From the NCBI RefSeq assembly GCF_902652985.1, contig NC_047029.1, forward strand, positions 3,844,001-3,908,000: DNA of 64,000 nt, in the 5' to 3' direction. Within the stretch, counting starts at the first letter, position 1. Every line of letters starts with the position of its first letter. Made by a program: the position numbers and the translations under genes. Source of the DNA: Pecten maximus (Eukaryota). This document shows, in pieces, positions 25,401-35,300 of this stretch. The notes beneath the pieces are model-generated. The model was not told the origin of the DNA. It ran no database searches and saw only the letters and a program-made list of their open reading frames with translations.

Positions 25401-28400
25401 TCCCTCCCCACCCCTAACTTATCACTGATATTCCCTACCCACCCCTAACTATAAACACTAGTATTCCCTCCCCACCCCTAACTTATCACTGGTATTCCCT
25501 CCCCACCCCTAACTTAACACTAGTATTCCCTCCCCACCCCTAACTTAACACTAGTATTCCCTCCCCACCCCTCACTAAACACTGGTATTCCCTCCCCTAA
25601 ATAAACACTGGTATTCCCTCCCCACCCCTAACTAAACACTGGTATTCCCTCCCCACCCCTAACTAAACACTGGTATTCCCTCCCCACCCCTAACTTATTG
25701 ATCTGATATTCCCTACCCACCCCTAACTATAAACACTGGTATTCCCTCCCCACCCCTCACTAAACACTGGTATTCCCTCCCCACCCCTAACTAAACACTG
25801 GTATTCCCTCCCCACCCCTAACTAAACACTGGTATTCCCTCCCCTCCCCTAACTAAACACTGGTATTCCCTCCCCACCCCTAACTAAACACTGGTATTCC
25901 CTCCCCACCCCTAACTAAACACTAGTATTCCTTCCCCACCCCTGACTAAACACTGGTATTCCCTCCCCACCCCTAACTAAACACTGGTATTCCCTCCCCT
26001 CCCCTAAATAAACACTGGTATTCCCTCCCCACCCCTAACTAAACACTGGTATTCCCTCCCCACCCCTAACTAAACACTGGTATTCCCTCCCCACCCCTAA
26101 CTAAACATTAGTATTCCCTCCCCACCCCTAACTAAACACTAGTATTCCCTCCCCCCTAACTAAACACTGGTATTCCCTCCCCACCCCTAACTAAACACTG
26201 GTATTCCCTCCCCACCCCTAACTAAACACTGGTATTCCCTCCCCACCCCTAACTTATTGATCTGATATTCCCTACCCACCCCTAACTATAAACACTGGTA
26301 TTCCCTCCCCACCCCTCACTAAACACTGGTATTCCCTCCCCACCCCTAACTAAACACTGGTATTCCCTCCCCACCCCTAACTAAACACTGGTATTCCCTC
26401 CCCACCCCTAACTAAACACTGGTATTCCCTCCCCACCCCTAACTAAACACTGGTATTCCCTCCCCACCCCTAACTAAACACTAGTATTCCTTCCCCACCC
26501 CTGACTAAACACTGGTATTCCCTCCCCACCCCTAACTAAACACTGGTATTCCCTCCCCTCCCCTAACTAAACACTGGTATTCCCTCCCCACCCCTAACTA
26601 AACACTGGTATTCCCTCCCCACCCCTAACTAAACACTGGTATTCCCTCCCCACCCCTAACTAAACACTAGTATTCCCTCCCCACCCCTAACTAAACACTA
26701 GTATTCCCTCCCCCCCTAACTAAACACTGGTATTCCCTCCCCACCCCTAACTAAACACTGGTATTCCCTCCCCATCCCTAACTTAACACTGGTATTCCCT
26801 CTCCTCCCCTAACTAAACACTGGTATTCCCTCCCCACCCCTAACTAAACACTAGTATTCCCTCCCCACCCCTAACTAAACACTAGTATTCCCTCCCCACC
26901 CCTAACTAAACACTGGTATTCCCTCCCCACCTCTGACTTAACACTAGTATTCCCTCCCCATCCCTAACTATAAACACTAGTATTCCCTCTCCTCCCCTAA
27001 CTAAACACTAGTATTCCCTCCCCACCCCTAACTATAAACACTAGTATTCCCTCTCCTCCCCTAACTAAACACTAGTATTCCCTCCCCACCCCTAACTATA
27101 AACACTAGTATTCCCTCTCCTCCCCTAACTAAACACTGGTATTCCCTCCCCACCCCTAACTAAACACTGGTATTCCCTCCCCACCTCTGACTTAACACTA
27201 GTATTCCCTCCCCACCCTAACTATAAACACTAGTATTCCCTCTCCTCCCCTAACTAAACACTGGTATTCCCTCCCCACCCCTAACTAAACACTGGTATTC
27301 CCTCCCCACCCCTAACTAAACACAGGTATTCCCTCCCCACCCCTAACTAAACACTGGTATTCCCTCCCCACCCCTAACTAAACACTAGTATTCCCTCCCC
27401 ACCCCTAACTAAACACTGGTATTCCCTCCCCACCCCTAACTAAACACTAGTATTCCCTCCCCCACCCCTAACTAAACACTGGTATTCCCTCCCCACCCCT
27501 AACTAAGCACTGGTATTCCCTCCCCACCCCTAACTAAGCACTGGTATTCCCTCCCCACCCCTAACTAAACATTGGTATTCCCTCCCCACCCCTAACTAAA
27601 CACTGGTATTCCCTCCCCACCCCTAACTAAACACTGGTATTCCCTCCCCACCCCTAACTAAACATTGGTATTCCCTCCCCACCCCTAACTAAACACTGGT
27701 ATTCCCTCCCCACCCCTAACTAAACATTGGTATTCCCTCCCCACCCCTAACTAAACATTGGTATTCCCTCCCCACCCCTAACTAAACACTGGTATTCCCT
27801 CCCCACCCCTAACTAAACATTGGTATTCCCTCCCCACCCCTAACTAAACATTGGTATTCCCTCTGCACCCCTAACTAAACACTGGTATTCCCTACCCACC
27901 CCTAACTAAACAATGGTATTCTCTCCCCACCCCTAACTAAACAATGTTATTCTCTCCCAACCCCTAACTAAGCACTGGTATTCCCTCCCCACCCCTAACT
28001 AAACACTGGTATTCCCTCCCCACCCCTAACTAAACACTGGTATTCCCTCTGCACCCCTCACTAAACACTGGTATTCCCTCCCCACCCCTAACTAAACACT
28101 GGTATTCCCTCCGCACCCCTAACTAAACACTGGTATTCCCTCCCCACCCCAAACTAAACAAGGATGGATAGTACTGCAACAGCAATACAAAGTCCCCTGC
28201 CTGAGCTAGAAGTGCACCTATTTATTTCCCATCTTTTTTTTAAATGGTTCTTCCAGAAAAAAAATGTGGGATGCACAACTACATGTTATACTGATCATGT
28301 ATACCAAGTTTCGTTAAGATTGGAGTAGTACTTTAGAAGGAGTTGTCCGGACAACTGTTGCGTGACAGACAGACGGACGGACGGACAGACGGACGGCCGG

Positions 28401-31400
28401 ACAGACGGAGGGTAAACCCAAAGTCCCCCCCTTCCCCCCCGTTTTTCAAATGGCAGGGGACTAACAATGTTATTCCCTCCCCACCCCTAACTAAATACTG
28501 GTATTCCCTCCCCTCCCCTAACTAAACACTAGTATTCCTTTCCCACCCCTAACTAAACACTGGTATTCCCTCCCCACCCCTAACTAAACACTGGTATTCC
28601 CTCCCTACCCCTAACAAAACACTAGTATTCCCTCCCAATCCTTACTTAACATTGGGTTTTTCTTCCCACCTGTTGCTGAACCCTGTTTCCAAACTTCCCT
28701 TCTTGTTCTTCCTGTTACCCTGTTGAATATACTCACCATTCGGTACATTTGGTCCCTCTTGACCTGCACCATCCACGACTAGTTGTCCTGTAGGTGACAC
28801 CACAATCTGAATAGTGTGACCACTAGCTCGAGACACCAGCTGGATTACATTGTTTGTCTGGAAGTGATCCTGAAACAGGTTTGTTTATGATAGCAAAACT
28901 AGGTACAAGATTGTCCAACTGACCCAAAGTGTGCAGATACAAAATCTTCAAATTCAACACAACAATCAGTGTTTAAAACTAATGTCATGAACCCTAAATT
29001 ATAGCTGTAAATTAGATGATTAAGTGCATGACTTTAAAACCTTTTTACTTAAAATCATTAATGAATGTACATCTTCAGGAAACAGTTCTATTCTTAAGTT
29101 CAATACATTTTGAAATTCCTTTTGTGCAAGCTAGAATGTCAAAAATCTCTAAAATACTTTTACTTTTATTTGAATTACATGTACATGTACCAGTAAATAA
29201 TTCAAAGTAATTATTCTGCATTGCAGTTACTGTACCTAAGTCTGAGACTAATACCCAGAGAGACAGATTTAGTGCAACGTTATTTCGATCAATGATAAGT
29301 CGCTTATTTCTGACTTTGACTGACTGAATAATCAAAAATCAGATTTTAGAGAAATTGTTAAGGGCGTATCTCACTGGCCTGGACACTAACTGGCGACCTA
29401 CTGGCGACTCGAGTCTCCGCTAGTCGCGGCGTCGTCGCTGCGACGTCTCCTGGAGACTAACCGAGTCTCTGTGGAGTCGCGAGAGAATCGAACATGTTCA
29501 ATTTTTTAGGAGACTTTTTTTAGTCTCCAGTAGGTCTCCAGCAAGTCTGGACGACGTCTCCGAGACGTCCCTGCAACGTCGCCGCAACTGATGGAGATTG
29601 ATTTTGTCCGCGACTAGAGAGACGTTTTCGCGACGTTGCGGAGACCTAATAAAGACTAATAAGACTGAGGAGATGTTGCGGCGACGTCTCCGCAACGTGT
29701 CGGCGACGCTGCTTGATGTATTTCAGAGACCACATGACACACCCAAAGCTCACATCGCCGATACTGCCGCGACTAAGGAGACGTCTCAGCGACGTTTCCG
29801 CAACATCCCGGCGACTTTTCGTGCAAATTGATCGTCAACTTCTCGGAAGTCGTCTTGGTGAGAGTGCACGACATTTTTTTTCTCCTGAGTCGCTGCACAG
29901 TCGCTGCAATCGCGGCGACGTCTCCGCCAGTGAGATACGCCCTTTATTATCAATCACGACTTTTAAAATGATTTCCAGTACTTACTGTAAACGTGGAAAT
30001 TTACCCTAGGGGGAAATTTACACTAATTATACGGATCCCTTTTGATCACGAAAATTTTCCCCATGTGTATTATTCTGATATTAATTTGAGTAAACTCGAA
30101 CTACATACAAAGGTGGGTCAATCGCGAAAATTACTCCCCATGCGTATAGTTTACGCATCAAAATTGCGAAATTAACCACGTTTAAAGTATCTAGTGTACT
30201 AATGTAGTGTACTAATGAAGTACTAAATTTACCAGTACTGGGTAGGTAGCATTCTGGTCAATAGAGCCGAACGCCTTATCTGCTACGTAGTTAATCTCAC
30301 GTTCTGTCATTCTCCCCACAGCATTCACCTCCTTGGACAGGAAACCTAGTATACCATGCTGGAAAATCAATCATACAATATTAATTTCAATATTACCTAA
30401 TTGAATTAAAGTTTCTAGTTCCTATTCTTAGGAGTGAAGACTTAAGTTTCTTAGCTAAAGAATGACATTTGTATCAAATGAATTATCTCTATAAGATTTA
30501 CCAGATCCAACACTGGAATATTGGAAAAATAATCTGATGATTAAACACTGTCAAGTCAAAAGTACTGTACGATTCCATAACAAGTCATATGAAGTAATCA
30601 TGTGTACATACTGAGCTCCTTGGAGGTGGGGCAGCAATTACTCTCTGTTGTTGGACTATAACTGTTGGCTGCCAAATAAAAAATGGGCATTCAATATTAG
30701 AATGAGGTAGACTTGAATTCAGCTTGAGTATCTGCAGTTTCCTGTGACTCTGTCACATTTTGACAAAAAACATGATGACCTAAGGTGGGGGAGACCTTGA
30801 CAGAAACCAAAAGGAAACCATGGTTAGATAGAAAGAACTCTTCAGAATATTAAGCTTGAATTACTGGATATACAAAATAATGCTAATTTAATAAATAAAC
30901 TATACGAAATAGATCATATCAAAAGACAATAAATGTAACATAAATAAAGACAACATGTAATGCAGCTACTTATGTAATATTCTTATAAGACCCCTACACA
31001 GAGACTTTTCTATCACATTCAACTGATGGGGTCTGTCATATGTTTATAAAATTCACAATAATATGAAGACATCTTCAAATTTCATGTAAAATTGACCAGA
31101 CCGGGACTTGAACCCACAACCTCTGTACATGTATACTCTAGACAGATTGAACCAGTGCTCAGCCCAATCTAATTCCGTCACATTCCCCCCTCCCTCAACA
31201 AATTCTTTGACCCCAAAAGACACACACGAGACCTGTTATACCACCTAATGACCTTCCTTGGTAATCAGTTGGACACCAAATGTAAAAGGAGCGGAAAAAG
31301 GAACCAACCAGTTTGGGACTTGAGCTCGGGACCTTAGGATAGATGCTCTAACCATTTGAGCTAGCTAGTTACTCAGCCCAGTCGTTCTGCTATACTTCAA

Positions 31401-31534
31401 TATATAATTACCCCAGGGTAAGCAGTCTGAGGCTGGGCACTATAGGGAGGAGGCACTGGTCCACCTGGATAGGTTCCTTGGGGTTGTTGATAACCTGGCG
31501 GCATGTTTCCTGGGTAACCACCTTTTCCTGCCAT
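22408..31534 (-). CDS. Uncharacterised 252-aa protein: Pro/Gly/Tyr/Gln-rich N-terminus with PPPY motif plus C-terminal FGF/IL-1-like beta-trefoil pattern; no signal peptide
   Basis: Exons 31534-31412, 30668-30612, 30358-30233, 28869-28737, 24868-24768, 23756-23574, 22443-22408 (759 nt, all GT-AG, phases compatible). MAGKGGYPGNMPPGYQQPQGTYPGGPVPPPYSAQPQTAYPG-PTVIVQQQRVIAAPPPRSS-HGILGFLSKEVNAVGRMTEREINYVADKAFGSIDQNATYPVL-DHFQTNNVIQLVSRASGHTIQIVVSPTGQLVVDGAGQEGPNVPNAIWTVVNEGKNQVRLHNNNNYLAISNGNTCLVNM-PPGSKHGVETLLQLSSFGNQFVSLMSKKVHGQYVGVLPSGQLKAALATGCGDHGQFGVRLI-YSPYPPQAHKK*. The gene model is well supported; the fold is inferred. Confidence 0.82.
22661..23290 (-). mobile_element. Decayed HINE-like element with TGACCTTG-rich internal repeats
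   Basis: Terminus AACAAGAGGCCGATGGGCCTGTATCACTCACCTG followed by about three decayed units containing TGACCTTGAA…TTTGAACAAAC. Similar remnants at about 880-1311 and 39400-39980. Confidence 0.55.
23900..24008. repeat. ~22-bp minisatellite, about 5 copies
   Basis: Unit TATTTATACAGGGTCATGTGAC. Confidence 0.8.
25010..28680. repeat. 31-bp C-rich satellite (about 105 copies) filling an intron of the beta-trefoil-like gene
   Basis: Unit CACTGGTATTCCCTCCCCACCCCTAACTAAA; interrupted by the element at 28156-28467. Confidence 0.97.
28156..28467 (-). mobile_element. HINE/DINE-1-like (Helentron-associated) element inserted in the 31-bp satellite
   Basis: Subterminal inverted repeats AGTCCCCTGCC (28191-28201) and GGCAGGGGACT (28452-28462), internal GACG/GACA microsatellite, A-rich ends on the + strand. 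Confidence 0.75.
29361..29943. mobile_element. PIF/Harbinger-type MITE, CpG-rich
   Basis: TIR AGGGCGTATCTCACTGG/CCAGTGAGATACGCCCT, TTA TSD on both sides, interior built of GCGAC/GTCGC/GAGAC motifs. Confidence 0.9.
29985..30187. mobile_element. TA-flanked MITE, copy 2
   Basis: Colinear with and highly similar to 21492-21712. Confidence 0.85.
31085..31394 (-). mobile_element. Degenerate tRNA-LTR TRIM relative
   Basis: On the - strand: LTR (31394-31281, ends TTACA), PBS-like TTTGGTGTCC, short internal region, PPT GAGGGAGGGGGGAA (31196-31183), second partly deleted LTR (31182-31085). Decayed B boxes (GTTCAAGTCC-like) in both LTRs; possible TTCA TSD. Confidence 0.7.
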
Positions 31535-31699
31535 TTTGATTATTTCTGTGTTCAAAAAATAAATCAAAAACATATTTTAGAAAATTTACATCTGATACAA
31601 TTGTACGTACATAAACACCATTAAAATAAGCTTATTACCAATGTCAGTAAATGTACATAGACGTAACTACAAACAAAGTCTGGTGATAGCTAATATATT

Positions 31700-32366
31700 A
31701 CCTGGTGAGGAATGACAAATCTGTAGCTAATTATCACGACACATTTCGTAACACTACAGCTCTATAACACAAGATCAACATGAAAACATGGAATCTTTAC
31801 AGTAGATATTTATAGTCTGTATGTTTACACCGTACTGTATATCACGCCTTAAGTTAAAATCTAAATAGTAACACCTTGAGATCATTAGATGATCATCAGT
31901 TGATCATGTCCAAGTGTCAATTGCTCAATATCAAATTATTGTCTTCAAACTATAAGTACTCGTTGACTTGCATTGACCAAGTACCCATATTGCCTACCGT
32001 GATTGTGATACTCCACTTGATACTTCGATACTGAATGCTAGAATCACAAATTCCTATGAGCATATAAATATTAGTCGCTTGATGACTCGTTGTCACAAGG
32101 CACAACAATGACGGATTAACTGATCACCACTTCCGCATATACGAATTCCTCGGGCTTTATTATTGCGGAATAGATACTGTCCGATAGGTGCCAAAAGAAA
32201 ACAAAATTACAAAATCTTTGTCTTTAATAAGCTTGAATTATGAGAATACGATGCACTCGGAACTCCTCGGATGTAACTGCGCAACATCACAGCACAGCCG
32301 AAGAGTTCCGATTGAATACGATGTGCAATGCAAACACATGGGTGACTGCCATTGTCGTCCTCAATC
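31700..32366. promoter_or_regulatory. Divergent promoter region between the beta-trefoil-like gene and OAF
   Basis: The two ATGs are about 830 bp apart in opposite orientation. Candidate - strand UTR donor (cag|gtaat) at about 31701; CACTTCCG ETS core at about 32128; CpG-richer. Confidence 0.5.
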
Positions 32367-35300
32367 ATGGACGCTTTGCCCCATACCTTTTTGTTGGCTT
32401 CGTTTGTGTTTTTCATTCATCAAACTACTTCCCAGCTGGTTGTCAATGTCAAAAATCGCGGAGGAGATGTCGTGATTGAAACTATTCAAGCTAACACTTC
32501 AAATGACGTCGTTCAACTTGAGTTTCAGAACACAGACGGCACGATTGTGCACCAGCTCATAGACTACAAATCCGTAAGTTGTACGATGTTGTAGGTCTTG
32601 TGTATAATTATATGGGTTGGATTCTAAAATTTAAAATGTTGGTAATATTTTGATATCCAACTTTGCTATCTCGATATTGAAAAAAAGCCCATGGCTCTCG
32701 GGTTCGGCAAATTAGCTTGACAAGACATTTCGGTACAATAATTGCTATGACGTTCAAGACGTTTCGGTACAATCACTTGGAAATTGACACTTTCCTAACA
32801 CATATGACTCAGACTGAAAAATACCCTAGTTTCCGATCGATAACTTATTATTGTCAAATTCCTGTGAGTACTATGCATTGATTGGCTTTTAAACAAGGGC
32901 TGAAGCCATATTGACAAATTTTATTTGCGGCAACCAAGATGTAAGATTTAAGAGCTGTGCTTAAAACTTGTTTTCCACTTTTGATCACAGGTACTTGTGG
33001 ACATGATTATGATATTTCTAATTCAAATGTTTCATTATAGACGAGTAAATTATTGTATTACAATCACATGCTTAATTTGAAAAAAAATATCGTACCTCTG
33101 CCTTAAAAGTATTTATAAGGCCGAGGTACAATATTTTTTTTTCAAATTAAGCATGCGATTGTAATACAATAATTTACTCGTCTATAATGAAACATTACCT
33201 GTGGACAGTGTAGTCACTTTAAACATCACACTCAAATGATACATTGGTTGTGACAAAGTCTATCACTGGTCATTTGTCTGAAAGTGGCAGTGTAGTCACT
33301 TTAAACATCACACTCAAATGATACATTGGTTGTGACAAAGTCTATCACTGGTCATTTGTCTGATGAAGGTGACAATGTTGTCACCCGACATTACACTCAA
33401 ATCATACGCTGGTCTATTCATGCACATTCACACTTACCAATGTTTATAATATTACCGGAAGAACATGTTTTAAGCCCTCCAAATTACATTTAATTTTAAT
33501 ACTGTAGTGAAAGGTAAAAGCACTTACCGTATTTGACCTAATAAGGGCGCAGGGTGCGGGTAATTGACAGTGGGGGCCCTATTAAGATTAGTTATTCTGA
33601 AGTTTTATGAAACAGACTATACCTTATAGCAGAATAAATAAGGCTGTGGAAACGGTACAATATGCAGTCATAAAAATATTCCAGATGAAGATATAGGAAT
33701 AGACAAAATGTGGCGAAAACTGTCTTCCAGTTACTTACTTAATTTGCTGAAGAAAATTGAACACATAAAGTAGTAAAACATTTCACATGAATTATTACAT
33801 TTGAACACCATTTTGACACTCAGTCAAAGATTTATTTCCTTGAAAAAAGGTAGGGGCACCCTTATTAGGTCAAATACGGTATATTACATCTAGGAGAGAT
33901 CTAGCACTGCTTGTGTTGAAGCATTATTTATCCTGTTGTTACATATGCATATGTAGAGCATTTAATCATTATTTGATATTGGAACCCCATATATAAGGAT
34001 GTCATTACATTTCAGGTTTTAGTTATCAGGCCCAGTTGTTCAAAAGGTGATTAGGCTAAACAGTTTAACAACAATATTAAAATCCTGATAAGATAATTTC
34101 TGGTAAAACTTATTTGACAAAATTTTCTGAAACTATTACACCTATCAGTCTCTTCATACCTGCTGATTTTGAAGAATATATATACACACATATGATTTGA
34201 AGTAAAGGAAAGATGAGATTTTCACTAATCAAGTGATTAATTATAAGCTAATCACCTTTTGAACAACTGGTCTATGTAATCATTTGATTTATTATAATTA
34301 ATTCCAGCCCAAATATACGATATTTTTTTTAGTGATGATTGTCAAATTGACCATTTTTGATATTTCACTGGTAAGAATATAAAACATCAACATTTATAAT
34401 ATATATAAATTCTGATTGTAGGAGGCACAGATTTTCCGAGCCCATGTTTTGTGGGAAGAGGAGCAAGGGTTTTCTCAGTACAAGCCACAAGTTCTATGTT
34501 TTGTTACCCGATTTAACAAGAATGAGTTTATATCGGCTGATGCTATGTCCAAACTCCGACAGGTTTGTAATCATTTAATAACTTAATCATGATCAATTAT
34601 TATTATCAGGCAACATACTTGTTAAAGGTTAAAATGAAACTAGAACTTCTATGAATATATCTGTCTTTTATACAAAATTAATGTAATGTACAAACAATGT
34701 AAAGGAATATCTATTTATTTATGTAGACATGTACACATGCAGACAAATGCTCACATGTAAATGCGTAGATAAGTCATTTTTGACCATAGATATACCTTGT
34801 AAGTGCTGTCTACGTAGTCTATAGTGTAGCGGAACTGGACCAGATCGATCATCGGCGACCAGGTAGCTCAATCGGTAGAGCATCTGGCTAGTGTTCGGAG
34901 GTCCCGGGTTCGAACCCCGGTCTGGCCGTGCATTTTTCCACTCCTATTACATTTGGTGCCTGTGACCAAACCTTGTTTCAAGTGAGGTGAATACTTGACA
35001 AGCTTAAGGAGATACCCGAACCTGGGTTGTGAGTTGTGAAGTCTTCGGGGTTGAAGACTTAAAAAAAAGGGAGGGAAGAGTATAGTGGAACTGGACCGGA
35101 TCGATCATCGGCGACCAGGTAGCTCAATCGGTAGAGCATCCGGCTAGTGTTCGGAGGTCCCGGGTTCGAACCCCGGTCTGGCCGTGCATTTTTCCACTCC
35201 TATTACAATAGTATCACCACCATAACATTTAATTGAAGGTGATATGATGGATGTAAGCGTAAACATTGTATTTTGATTTCACCAGAGATTTATCTTGGCT

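Larger units (their letters stand above)
34825..35207 (+). mobile_element. TRIM (miniature non-autonomous LTR retrotransposon) with tRNA-derived LTRs, Helenus-like
   Basis: 127-bp LTRs at 34825-34951 (TG…CA) and 35081-35207 with 4 differences; PBS TGGTGCCTGTGACC (34954-34967); purine tract AAAAAAAAGGGAGGGAAGAG before the 3' LTR; 4-bp TSD ATAG (34821-34824 and 35208-35211). Confidence 0.9.

Noticed and set aside
25010-28680. Interstitial telomere
   Set aside because: Only one CCCTAA per 31-bp unit, with no tandem hexamer array.
34857-35184. Two functional tRNA-Thr genes
   Set aside because: Mismatched acceptor stem, atypical anticodon-loop 3' bases, and embedding in LTRs with PBS, PPT and TSD.
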